A stretch of 64,000 bases of DNA from Euprymna scolopes (taxonomy: Eukaryota): the NCBI GenBank assembly GCA_053919585.1, contig CM132791.1; one strand, given 5' to 3'. The translations under genes were made by a program, and so were the position numbers. How positions within the stretch are numbered: position 1 is the first letter of the stretch; each line of letters opens with the position of its first letter. Of this stretch, positions 26,440 through 39,324 are shown one piece after another. The notes under the pieces were generated by a model. It was not told where the DNA came from. It worked only from the letters and a program-made list of their open reading frames with translations, and did not search any database.

Positions 26440-29400
26440 AGAGAATGGAAGGGAGGAGCACTAATTGCAGACTTTCAGTTTTGTACCCGAAAGCTTGACT
26501 GAACATTCAGAGTTTTCATAATAAATGCATAGCAGCTCCTTAGCTCTGTGACACCACATGCATAATTGCAATCCTGTACACGTCCGGCACACTCCTCCGC
26601 AGATGGTGAACTTTCATATGCTCGTAGGGCAAAGATATCTTCTTGAGTGAACAGATAACCCTTCTTTGCTGCGGGGTCTGAAACCACAGTGGCAAACATA
26701 TTCTTTAGGTGATTTTTTGTGTTTTTCCTTCATATTTGCACGAAGGGCATCCCTATGACAAAGGCGCCTATGTTCAAATTCTTTGGTTCCCAGGAAACAC
26801 ATCTTCCTCCATTCTCTGCGATCCCCTACTGCACTCTCCCATGAACCCAGAGAAATTCCCCAACGTTTCAGGTTGTCTTTTAGTTTATCTTTGTAACGAA
26901 GCAGGGGACGCACTATTGGACGGCAAGAATGTGTTATTTGCCCATAAAAAGGTTGCTTAAGAACTGTTGAGTCATCCATTCTCATAAGATGACCCGGCCA
27001 CCGCATTTGTATCCTGATAAAAAATGATTCAATACCAGTGATTTCACATCTGTCCAGTAATTCACTATTCGGAACACAATCCTGTCATCCAACATTTCAA
27101 ATAAAACGCAGGCATCTCATATTTAAGGAATCAATCTGATGTATATGCTTGCGGTACAATGTCCACGTTTCACCACCATACAGAAGAGTAGGCAGAAGAA
27201 CAAATTTTACTTTTAGAGACACATCGTGGCTGTTGCAAAGTCTGTGTCGCAACCTATCAAATGTCTCACTAGTTTTATTAATTCTACATTGAATGTCCTT
27301 TTCAAATGTAGCATCATTAGATGCAACAGAACCGAGACATGTAAAAGAAAATACTGTTTTCAAAGGTTCACCATCAACATATACCACTGGTTGTGAAGAG
27401 GACGTAGGGTTTGGTTTTGGCTGGTGAATAATTACAGTCTTTTTTATGCTAATTGTAAAACCGAAGGCCTTACATGCATCAGAAAAGCTATTGTTCTGCA
27501 TATCATCAAGACTATGGGTGACAAGAGCACAGTCATCAGCATAAAGGAGGTCAATAACAGTCTGCAGAGGAGTCATGGTTTTGGCCTTGAACTGTTGCTG
27601 GTTAAATAACCCTCCACTTGATCGATACTCAACACCTATGCCTCCTGAGATGTTCCTGAAAGCTGTCTCAAGCATCACCGAAAAGAAAAGAGCAAATAGG
27701 ATCCGAGCAAGGACACATCCTTGCTTAGTTCCATTTGACACTTCAAATGGTTCACTTTGTTCAAAGCCAGATCGTACTGTCGCCACCATTCCCCAGTGAA
27801 AGGAGACAATCACATTGAACATCTTCTCCGGAATACCAAGCCTCCTCAAAACAGTCCACAGGGCATCCCTAGAGACAGTATCAAATGCCTTTGTGAGGTC
27901 AACGAATGTGCCAAAGGCTGTAGATCATGTCCACAGTGCCTCCTCCTGCCCTAAAACCACACTGAGTTTCTGGGAGCACAGTTTTACAGATTGAACCATT
28001 GAGTATGTTTAGGATTACACGAGCTAGAATCTTATCAGCAACAGACAAAAGAGAAAGTCCTCTATGGTTATCACACTCACACTTATTTCCGTTGTGCTTA
28101 AACAAGTGAATAATTGACGCGTCTTTGAACTGTTGTGGCACTGTACAAAGTTCCCATATAAATGAAAACATGCCATTTAGTTTCCTGATTAACAGTTGGC
28201 TTCCACATTTGTATACTTCTGCAGGTATGCTGTCATCAACTGGAGCCTTACCATTTGAAAGTTGTTTTACAGTCCATTCCATCTCCGACATGGATAGATT
28301 ATCAGCGAGCGCCTCGATGGTTGGCCTCTGAGGAATATCATCAATCACTCCTAGGTCCACTGTGGATTCTCTGTTTAAAACATTGGAAAAGTGTTCAGCC
28401 CAGGCTTAGTAATTTCTTTCTTAGCAGAGAGGAGAATGCCATCCGACGAAAATATTGGAGATGCCCCCCCCCCTAAAATTGGACCAATCACCCCTTTGAG
28501 GTTTTGGTAGAATGATTTAAAATCACACTTATTCGCCGCATCTTGTAAGGCCTCAGCTTTCTGCTCCCACTAGTTTTGTTTCACTTTCCGGAGTCGAGAT
28601 TGTGCCAACCTTTTGGCTATTCTGAAAGCCTTGTGACAAAAATTCGTCAGTAATGCATACTTTATGGATGTGATGCATGTTATTGAGCAGTGGACGATAG
28701 TTGGATCATTTTCATCAAACCAATCTTGGTGTTTCCTTCGAACATATCCTAATGTTTCTTTGGCAAACTCATACACGGCAGCTTTAAACTCTCTCCAAGA
28801 TGCCTCAATGTGATTCCCACATACAACGGAGGCCAGCTTTTCATCAGTAGCCTTTTGAAATGAGTGCATTAACTCCTTAACCTTCGACTTGCTTACATGA
28901 ATTCTCTTGATAGAAGAATTACGTTGGTTTCGACCAGGGCGCTTGATTTTCATCATGACTGTGCAGCAGATCAATTTATGGTCTGACCAACATTACCCCA
29001 TGCTATAAGAACGTGTAAAATTTATATCTTGTCTATCAGAACGACGTACAATGACATAATCAATGAGATGATAATGATTAGACCGAGGATGTTTCCAACT
29101 GGCTTTCTTGCAATTAGGCAGCTGAAACACAGTATTAGTGAGCAAAAGATCGAATTCACTGCAAAGAGACAATAAGAGAACACCATTTGTGTTGACTTTA
29201 CCAATTCCATGTGAACCAATGGCATTTCTCAAAAATTGTGTATCACTACCCACACGAGCATTGAAGTCACCCAAAACAAACAGCTTATCCTGTATAAAGA
29301 CCTTGTTAATCTGTTCGCATAAAGAGGAGTAAAACCTCTCTTTTAGCTCATCAGTTGAACTAATTGTAGGTGCATAGCAATTAAAAATATGGCATATTTG

Positions 29401-30524
29401 TCATTTTCTACTGCAATGCGCAAGGACAAAAATATGTAATTTATACCAACGGGTAGGGACTCAAGATTTTTGTCAATGTCATTCCTGATGGCAAAACCAA
29501 CGCCAGATTCACGTTTCTCAGAACTTTCTTTTCCAATCCAATAAAAAATGTATCCATCTTCAACTTCCTCTAGCTGTCCTGTATCAGCAAACCTAGTTTC
29601 AGAAAGAGCTGCAACAGACATTCTATGATGCCTTAACGCACGTGCTGTGATAGCGGATTTTCGTTCAGGGTTGTTTTTGTTATCCTCGAGTCTTCTTACA
29701 TTCCGAGTCGCAATGAACATATTCGTTTCATGTATTTTGTTTCTATTATTGATTTGGGTGCAAATATTGGATGCCCAGGCATCTGCACTTGATGGCAGTG
29801 TCATCCTATATAGGGCTGCTTTGTTATCAAAGGAGGACACGAGTCACACAATTACTTGCGGGTGTTGTGAAAGACGGACATCTACCTTCAACCACTTATG
29901 TGTAATGTTCATGCTAGGGACTACCAGTGACATCCCTCACCTATTGCAGTCACAATCCCACCCTCGCCACAGGATTTATTGATTTATTATTAGTAAAAAA
30001 AAACACATATCGATGTACCAAACCTTAGGGTTAAATGAGTGAAAATGGTTCACTGAACAACTGGCACTTTGATTTGTTTTAAGTGGTCATTGTTTATGGT
30101 GAACAAAGCACCCTCTCTCCATCGGATTAACGTGGCTTGTTCAGGTGCAGGCATGTGCCGCACATCAGATAAAAAACGATCGCAGGATTTTCTTGTAAGA
30201 GTGTTCCATCTCCTAGATCAGTTGTGAGCCAACACTAAAGGGCCTGATCAACCCTGGTAAGCTTTCTGTGCAGCTGGGTACCAGACCAGCTATTGCTTGG
30301 CCCTTGACTCTAACTTTTAGTTCAGTCTAGTGGAGACATTGCTTAGCGATGCTGTACCAACGCCGTCCCCCCACAAGGTTTGGCCTGCTGAGACCAGTAC
30401 CCAGGGTATAGCTCTTGGAGCTATCAAGTGAGAGATTTAGATGAGTGAGGACTAGTGATCTCTGTCCACCCTATTTGGTGCAGCAACCAGAGATTCCAAG
30501 GTACTACCTCTACCCAGAGCCCCC
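26440..30524 (-). mobile_element. RTE-clade (BovB-like) LINE, near full length, pseudogenised
   Basis: Endonuclease motifs ATRNVRRL, AALSETR, ESGVGFAI, GDFNARVG, WKHPRSNHYHLIDYVIVR. RT motifs GKAP.D.IPAEVYK, NHRGLSLLS, PETQCGFR, GTKQGCVL, LYADD. RTE C-terminal RWPGHLMRM...RYKDKLK. A 5' UTR of about 700 bp ends at a (TA)n tract. Confidence 0.93.
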
Positions 30525-30583
<59 letters not shown>

Positions 30584-31619
30584 ATATATATATGTATGTA
30601 TTGCACGAATTCCCATGCGCCTTTCTCACCCTCTATTTCGTATATCTCTTTCACAATTTAATTCTGATTTTTTTGTACTTTTGATATCTAACGGTAAACT
30701 CTCGATAAGTCTGTTTGTGAAAAAGGCTCTTAGGGTTTGTTCGTATATAATTTTCAAAGCGTTATATAGTTTTATTTACTGTTAAAAATTTACATACGAT
30801 CATCTTTCCCTTATACGTTACAAAATATTTAAAGTCTCGCAGACTAATTCCGCCCCTTCTAATTGGATGAGCTTTGGCCATTTCTATATTCAGGTTTAAC
30901 GGTATTAGAATGCTAAGCGAACGCTAATGTACCATTCGAAGATGACGTCTCAATGATACCTACTTTTTCCTATGAGAAAAACTGCTCGCCATCTCTCTTT
31001 GTACATTTGTTTCAGTAATTAATTATATTTTTCAAACTGGGTTATGTTTTTTAGGTAATTCATTTAAATGGACTTTATTTAAACCTGCGCGATTTACTAT
31101 ATTCTCTCGCTGTATATATTCTTCCGAACTCTCTCTCTCTCTCTCTCTCGCTCTTTTTCCCTCTCTCTCTCTCTCTCTCTCGCGTCGAAGACAAAACAAA
31201 ACAAATTCAGTACCTCTTTCTCCTTGTTCGCTTATTTGGCATAGTCTTTCCATTTTAAAACTGCTTAAATGCTGTTATACTTCACTTTTATTTTTTACAC
31301 GACCGTTATGATTAAAAATACTTAAAAATAATTAACCTTTTTTAGCAATTGATTTTTTAGTTTTTATCATATGTATTTTCAAGTAACTATGTTTATTTAA
31401 GTTAATATCTTAGATGTTCAAACATGTTCCATCTTTTGCTTCCATATCTCACTTGAAAGACCTACGCGCGTGTTTCATACATAGGCACAATTGCCGATTT
31501 TTTACACGGATTACATACACTGCATTACATAGGAAATTGAATTTAGGGGAGTATTTCATTTAAATTTATTTTACGGACTGATTCTAGAGATGCATACACG
31601 TTAAGTTTTTCTTTTGGTG

Positions 31620-32090
31620 GTGGTGGTGATGGGGGTAAATTTGTACATTAGCTCCACCTTCACAATTTTATTTAAAATGATTACTTTTATGAGTATTGGA
31701 CTATGTAGATTTAAAAAAATCACATTTCAATTTTGCTGAGAAAATTATAGAGAGTTGAATACCTGTTTTATGCACTGAATTTTACTTGCACGATAACCAA
31801 ATATACTTCTTTCTACCGACACTGTAAACCCACAATTTACTTTTAACATTGACGGGTCGGTATACTGACAACGATTATTATAGCTACATTTGAGGGAATT
31901 TTTCCACGCCCTCCCCCATCCCGAAAAGGGGACTGTCTACTGTAAAAACCGTTTTTTACATGTGGATGTTGAGGATGTTTATTCCGAACGCCGTTCTGAA
32001 GATGGGCAGGTTGGTAAGGACTATTCCGAAAGCCGTTCTTAAAATGGGAAGTTTGGAATGGCTATTCAAAACGCGTTCTTAACATGAAAT
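31620..32090 (+). repeat. Dispersed non-coding repeat with sub-repeats of about 43 bp (related copies at 52030-52125 inverted and at 54635-55160)
   Basis: Shared unit gtttattccgaaa.ccgttcttaa.atgg..aggtt.g, and a shared flank ggggtaaat...tccacct.cacaattt...aaatga..acttttat. Confidence 0.55.
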
Positions 32091-32540
32091 TACTCAAAGA
32101 AGTGAAAAAGATCCTCATTGTTTTGTTTTACACTTTAAAAAATACGTAATAAATCTGAATTTACTTTACTACTATTGGTGGAAGATTTGAAAAAAAGAAG
32201 AACACTTGAACACCGATGAAACAACTAGGATTGCTACCGCTGATTTCGATCACTTTTAACGGTTCATATTAGGTGAGAATCCCTAACTTCTAAAACTTGT
32301 GTTTTTACTTTCTACTATTCTAATGAACCATATTTTGTACTTTTATTAACTCATACTGATTTACACATTCCATTAATTGCTTTTTTTTTACATCAAAACA
32401 ACGACGCATGTTATCTCCCCAAATCATCACTAGTCGGCAGATATTTTTCAACTACGGCCGCCAGTGTCCACATTTGTTCAGGGACGGCTGTGATTACCAA
32501 TATCAACCGTATTATACTTTTGTGCAAGGAGGAGACTTCC

Positions 32541-32573
32541 ACCGGGCAAAGCCGGTTAAACGGGCCCTGCTAG
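32541..32573 (+). mobile_element. Orphan Helitron-type 3' terminus
   Basis: GC hairpin accgg-gcaaag-ccggt, followed 13 nt later by CTAG and then T. Confidence 0.45.
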
Positions 32574-33191
32574 TATAATCATAAAATAAACGTTCCAAAC
32601 GAAAACAAAACGTGACTTTATTTTTATTTTTCTCCGGTGAGATACACGTAACTTTACATTAAACATCTATTAAGCGCATGTACAAGGAACGTTCACATAT
32701 TTTTTAAAGCTAATTTGCTATAAAATCCCAAATAAAATACCGTTGGATTAGTAAATTGGAGAAACCTATTAAAGCAGCATGATGGGCAAATAAAGAGTAG
32801 TTATATAGTAAGCAATACATAGTATATTTAAAGTGGCAATTAGAAAAGTGGATGCAGAAATAAAACGGAATGCATGTCACAATAATGTTCAACTGATTTT
32901 TAGTAATGTAAAAGATAATAATCTTTGTCTAGAAAAATATAACATAAGGTGTGCTTGTAGTCGAAATGGGTAAATTTTAAAAGTCGTAATACAATATTAC
33001 CGAATCACATATTTAAGCAAGGTAAGTAGCAAGGGAACTAGCAAGGTAACTAGCAAGGTAACTAGGCAAAATGAAAACATATTTAGAATTTCTTTTTTAA
33101 AGTATAGAATTTCAGTGTTTATAAACAATTTTACAATAAGTGGAAATCAGGATGTAGTAGTGTGTATTCCAGTGTTTGCTGTAGCTGTTCA

Positions 33192-33932
33192 TTTTTTTAT
33201 TACATTTTCACCCCAAATAAGGCATGTTGCCACTTTGATGTAGAGGGCTACTATCAGAGACATAAGCTACAGGGGTACTATGTGGGGAGTTGGGCAGCTA
33301 GATTTCAGTTCACGTTACATTTTAATTTCTGCATGTCAGTACAGTTGGGGAAGAAGGATTTCGGAAAGGAATTCCAAAGTCTAGCGGTTCTGAAGAAGAC
33401 GCTGCTAGAGTAGAAGGCTCTCTTACATCTAGGGATCTCAACTGTGAAGGGGTGGGATTTTGCTTCTTGTCAAGTTTGTCGGGTGGTATTTATGTCGAGG
33501 GAGTACAAGTGGTTGCAGTCCTCGGAGCATTCACCATTAAGGTAATTGTAGAACAGGCAGAGGATGCTATATTTCACTGATGCGACAGAGGATGAAGCTT
33601 AGATGACAGTTCAGTACATATTAGTTTAGTGAATCTCTTTTGAACATTGTCTATGATTGAGAGACTAGTAGCAGATGCACCAGTCCAAATATGACAACAG
33701 TACTCCATACATGGGCGAATAGTGGCCTTAGAGAGGTACAGGATACTTTCGGGCGTTAGTAGCTTTCTAGCACGGTCGCGAGAACTTACCTTTTTGCAAC
33801 AGTCCTGGCAATGCTCTCAATGTAATTGTTCCAACTCATGTTTCCTGTGAACGTTAGACCGAGGAGTTTAAAAGATGTACTTTCAGATAAAGAGTCTTTG
33901 GTCATTGCTATTGGTGGCAGAGAAAGTTTCTT
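33192..33932 (-). mobile_element. CR1/L2-group LINE (family A), 3' fragment
   Basis: Collinear with about 20385-21125 (attacattttcacccca...tactccatacatgggcgaat...tttcctgtgaacgttagacc). Confidence 0.88.
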
Positions 33933-34694
33933 TGAACTCGAAATCATATAATTGGTCAGTCATCTCATAAGATATATAGAAATAACGTACAGAATTTTCA
34001 AGAGTCCACGACGATTTGTAATGACGGGTCAAAAAGTCGGAAACTTATTGAAGGCATTTCATATCTCAGACGTACAAAATTATAGTACGTGCTTCTGTAA
34101 AAACGTGATGAAAAATCTTTTTACACCTTATTTTTGTTTTTACTGGTCAATATAAAATAAAATAAAACCCCGAGAAAAAAGATTAAAAGAGGACAATGTA
34201 ATGATAATATTTTACGACTGGTATAACCTTTTTCGATATATGCGATTGATACTAGTTCCCCCATTAATTTTTTAGAGATAGTTATTAACAGAAATTACCA
34301 CGTGAAGGTTGTTAACATCAATAATGACAGTATATTTTTAGACTAACAGTATTTGAAATGATATATCACAGTCTACATTTGGATGAGCTATACCACAGCC
34401 TCATTATAATACAGAAGATCAATTAAAATATTAATCGATTACCAGGGAGGAGAAACATACTTTATTCATATCTAATATTAAATCACGTTTGCAAATACGG
34501 TTAGCACTTATTTTTAACATCTCTTCTCGGCTGGAAAATTTATTGTTACAACGTATATGCATATTTTAAGTTAGTAAAATCTGTCATGTATTATTTTATG
34601 CATTTAAAACGTAATAGTTTCTTTCTAAATTAATAGCTTTCACCTTTATTTCGATTAGCAAAGTCTCCATACGTATTGATTGATTCTTAATAAA

Positions 34695-34830
34695 AGCTGG
34701 TTCCAAGCCTGCGCATACTCGTGAATGCAATCCTCAAGGGAGAAGACGGATTTGTTTTGTTTGAGTTTATGCCTGGTCTGATTGAAATTTTGGATTGAAC
34801 TGTCATTTTATTTTATTAAAAGTTTTAAAA
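34695..34830 (-). mobile_element. Family A LINE fragment spanning the ORF start
   Basis: Resembles about 3483-3590 (ttc.aagcc...aatgc...ttttgtttgagttt...gcctggt...actgtcattt). Confidence 0.45.
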
Positions 34831-36653
34831 TTAGCTTTTCTTTTACGTGCTCAATAGAAAAAAAAACATTTAAACGCATAAGTTAGATCGCGGTATCGGA
34901 TAAAATGTGGTACTTGTTATGTTTATGTAAGATACTGAAACACACCAATAAGAAGTAAATTTGAAATGCAAATCAAACAGTTGGTACAATGAAAGTTCGT
35001 AAACAGATTAGTTGTATTGCATAAAGACACTTGTCAGAAACATATGCGTTGAGGCATTTCTTTATGGCCTGAGATGATCGCGGCCTTTGATATACGGAAT
35101 GAGTTCAAAAGAATTTATTGAACGACTGTGCAGAATAATTTTGCATTTTCCGCACTGTTTGTGCTGTATAAAACCAATCAATTATCTCGATTTTAAAGTC
35201 CACCAATATTGTGGGAGACTGGCATGTTTACGTAACTATCGACACGTAATTAAACTTTTCCTTATATCAAGATTGTTATATATTTTTTACGGTAGATGCT
35301 TATGTATTGTTTGACAGAAAGCTCAAATAATAATACACCTTATATAATCATCAGAATTATGGCCACTCAAATCGAATATACGGGTTTTCAGTGTATCTAT
35401 TCGTGGGTTTGTATATAAGTAACATAGTTCAATGCGAAATCGAAATATCGTAATTGAATATTCTTTTTTATAATTTTATAGAATTGAGGTAAACGATTTT
35501 ATTTTAAATTTATCAATTTACAACGTGTACTTTTACACATTACAATTTTAATTTGGTTTAAAAATTACCTGGGATTCATTTTATGTTGTATACATTTTAC
35601 TGCACTTTGCAATTGCAATTAATTTGGTATTTAGCAATTACTAATGTTCAACTACATTTCCACAATATGTACGGTTATAACCACAAGTAAGCTGTTACAC
35701 TGAAAACAGAAGACGAGAAGAGAGTTGAAATAGTTACTAACAAGAACAAACAAAAATGTTAGCTGTTCGTCTAGCCAACGAACCACCTCGGTTGGTTCGC
35801 CGAATTTAAACCTTTGTATTGAGGCTTAATACCCGGTATGTATTGTATCTGAGTCAGAGGAAATTTAGAAAGCAAAATGATCAGCTTTGAATAAACATAT
35901 TTTGCTTATTAGTGCAAATATTCAAAATGTTATTAAATATTATTTAAAAAGCATACATGAAAGACATAATACGGCCTAGACAACTAAACACCATTTTGTA
36001 AACTTAGAGAAAGAAAAGTCTGGTTGTATACCTATTTTCATATGTAGACCGATTTTCTGAGAATCTGAGTTCAATTAGTTACATGCATGGGGAAACATTC
36101 CATCAGGACTCATACGGAGATGAAGACAAACTGACAGGGTCGCTGAGACACAGTCATAATTGCTGAATTCTGTCTGATTTTGAAAAGAGACCTCTCTTCG
36201 CCCAGTTAAGCCCAGAAATTTGAACATTACTGAGGAGTAACCTGACATGTACGTATACATAGTACATACCTTTATCAATGCCCTCACCCATTCAATTTCT
36301 AGTGTTCAATGCCTCTATCTTATAATCAAATGTGTTTTAGTTAAACCTAATAATATATTTAGCATAATGTGTTGAGAGAAGTCAGCTTATAATGACACAA
36401 AAATATAGTCGATTTTTTTTTACAATATCTGTTTTTATTTTCAAATTAACTTAGCACAAAAATCTTGACCTGAGAAGGAAAAACAGAAGCTATCCTGATT
36501 CAATCGTGCAAAATACACTAACCCCATCGTAGAGAAGTAGACAACATTAAAAATGTAAGAGATTAATGTTCATTGTAATCAATGGATATAATAATAAATA
36601 CGAACTATTCATGAATACAAAATGTAGTTAATCATATTTTATAACCGAGCAAC

Positions 36654-36712
<59 letters not shown>

Positions 36713-36713
<1 letters not shown>

Positions 36714-37471
36714 TAGCAAAATGGCCCGCCGTTTACTGGGTTTAAAAACAGCCTACAAAAATGGACTCTGATTTATGAAAGTATGATAGGTTATGAAAAG
36801 GAAGGGTTGTAAAGAGATAGCTTCGAATTTAGGGGTATCAAAACCGAAACAAAATATGATGAAAGTAAAAATAAAATAGATAAACCCCATAATTTATTAT
36901 ACCATACATGTTCACATTGAAACACTTATCACAATACTCTGTGGATCTATATTAAAAAACCTTGTTAAACTTTGTGACATATTTCCATTCTATGGAGGTC
37001 AGGCGCGAACGAACCACCCATAATTTTATCATGCCATATTTCTTCAAACTGAAACATAATTATCAAAGTATAGTTACGCAGATAGATATGAAAAGTCTTT
37101 ATTAAAGTTTGTGCATATTTCCATTCTATAAAAGCCAGGCGCGAACGCGGATCCCATAATTTTATTATACCATCCCTATTTAAGTAAAAACATACTTATC
37201 AAAGTATTATGTACATCTACATAAAAAAACACTTGTAAACGTTTTTTTTTTAATTTTTAGATTTATTTTTGCATACTTTGTGGACCGGGCGCGTACGCAG
37301 ACCCCAAAATTTTAATGAATAAGCATTATGCCAGATCAAACATACCCATTCCTGTGGCTCGATCCATCTTCTATCATTATATGTGAACAGTTTTCTTTAA
37401 TAATCAATCATATAGGAGCCTATTCATGACCAGTCACACACACAGACGTTCAGCTTTATATTATGGAAGAC

Positions 37472-37474
<3 letters not shown>
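36713..37474 (-). mobile_element. Complete non-autonomous Helitron of about 760 bp
   Basis: The minus strand has a 5' TC...ataaagctgaacgtctgtgtg end and a 3' GC-rich dyad (cccagtaaacggcggg) followed by CTAG. Flanked on both sides by (TA)n. Homologous to 1-506. Confidence 0.8.
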
Positions 37475-37532
<58 letters not shown>

Positions 37533-37539
<7 letters not shown>

Positions 37540-37710
37540 TTTTCACAGCCAAAATAATATTGCAGCCCAAAAGTGCCTAGAAATCTTACAAACTGGAAGA
37601 CCAAGACCTGAGTTTCGCCCTCATTTGGGCTCAATTGTTAGACACATCCGCGCTCATGGTTTGAACCCCGAACCTCTTGCATGCTAGGCGAGCACTCTAA
37701 CAACTGCTAT
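37533..37710 (-). mobile_element. tRNA-Ala(AGC)-derived SINE-like unit with a decayed hammerhead motif
   Basis: Minus strand: tagcagttgttagagtg ctcgc CTAGCAT gcaag aggttcgg GGTTCAAACC (anticodon arm and B box). This is followed by ctaa caattga GCCC aaatga GGGC GAAA C tcag G TC ttgg. Confidence 0.65.
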
Positions 37711-38499
37711 TGATAAGAAAATATTTGTTTTACTTGATTAAAATTAATTAAACATAGATTATATCTGTAGTATATAAATATTTTTTTATAATGAAACAAT
37801 TTATTAATTTTTGCTGATTTACGATTTTTTCATTGCCGGTTTTTATTTTGCAAATTAAAAATAATCCGATAATCTTTTTTGATAATGAAAAAATGTGCTG
37901 ACAATTAAGTGATTTAAAATATTTGAATATTTTCTTAAATGAACAATAAATTAAAATCAATTTACTAAATAATCATTTTTTTTCAAGATTTATTTACACA
38001 ATTTACTAATATTTATTGATATAATTGGATAATTTTGCATTGTTCTTCTAATGTTTTATATTCATTTTATTTCTTCTGTCAAAAAATTATAATCAATATA
38101 ATAATCGTTTTTTATAATGAGAACATTTATAAATATTTAAAATCTTAAAAAGTTCAACAAAATGCCAATTGCATTTTTATTAGTGCATAAGGCACATCTG
38201 ATTGAGTTGAAATAAAATATTTTTTGCTTAAATTCTAGTATCTTTCTTTTTATAGTTTAATATTAATAGTTTTTGGTAAATTTTATGGTTAAACATTTTG
38301 TTGAACATCTTTCTGTTGAGGCCGAAATCCTTTTTCAAGAAAATACCTAACTTTTTAAAATTCTATTCATCAACAACGTAAGCAACAATAAAAATAATGG
38401 AATTATATTTATTAATTAATAGAACATGCTAATGATCACAGGAAAAGTATTACATAAAAAAAATTTACAGAAATTTGTTTTAAATTCTGAATTTAAGTG

Positions 38500-39022
38500 A
38501 TTCATAAAAGTGCTATCGTTCGCCTGCAGGGATACAGTTATAGCCCCATACCACGCTGATTGGGAGGTTAGCACTCAAGTTTTTGCTATTTCGATTGGAT
38601 ATATGGTCTGATTTTTCTCAATTATTTGTTTCTTTTATATTTTTCAAAAGAAATGCCAATATTGATGGACGACATTTTGGAATGAAAATTAAAATTATAT
38701 GAAATATTGGTGTCACTGATAATATTTCACTTGTTATTATTCTAAATAATGCAAGTAAAATGCCCAAATCGACTTTCATAAAAGTGAAGAATATCTGGTT
38801 TTACAATGAAATTTCTGCAAAAAAAATTTATTGAAATATATAATTTCGGAATTAATTCATTGAGGATCGTAATTTTAAAATAAAAATCTATTTGTTTGAA
38901 CACACACATATTCCATTGCAGTAGAAAAATTCTATTTCTAGTGGCTTTTTGCAAATGCTCAGTATTTTGTTGACAATATTTTCGAATTGAAGAGTCAGTT
39001 TTGAGATAAATTTTGAATTGCT
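38500..39022 (-). pseudogene. Diverged duplicate of the USP C-terminal half and its 3' flank
   Basis: 38641-39022 aligns to 39332-39728 (ILHFYESRFGHFTCII versus ILHTLNRVDFGHYTCIV). 38497-38555 aligns to about 39175-39235. Confidence 0.85.
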
Positions 39023-39324
39023 TGAGTGTAAATAAAATTGTTGTTTTTTTTAACTCTAATATCTTCCTTTTTAGAGTGTAATACTGATCAATAGTTTTCA
39101 GTAAAATAATTTTCCGGTTAAAATTTTATATTACATTTATCTCTTGAAGCAGAAATCGTGTCTCCAGTTTAGTTATGATTCATAACAGTGCTATTGTTCG
39201 CCTGCAGAGTAACAGTTACAGCCCCATGCCATGCCTAGGTGATTGTTGAATTTTAAAAGCGAAAACCACCACTATTTATTTCTATTGAATGTATGACCTT
39301 GTTTTTATCAAATGTTTGCTTACT

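Noticed and set aside
30240-30524. HDV-like ribozyme at the RTE 5' end
   Set aside because: Plausible for the clade, but I could not assemble P1/P1.1/P2/P3 pairing by eye.
30832-30850. gtctcgcagactaat as the missing Helentron 3' subTIR
   Set aside because: Short match, about 8 kb from the element, with no accompanying stem-loop.
36075-36287. Possible endonuclease fragment or host exon
   Set aside because: Only a faint SNVQ...LCLS resemblance with a stop, and no supporting motifs or splice context.
37650-37710. Functional tRNA-Ala gene
   Set aside because: No acceptor stem, a shortened D arm and a mismatch in the anticodon stem; better explained as a SINE head.
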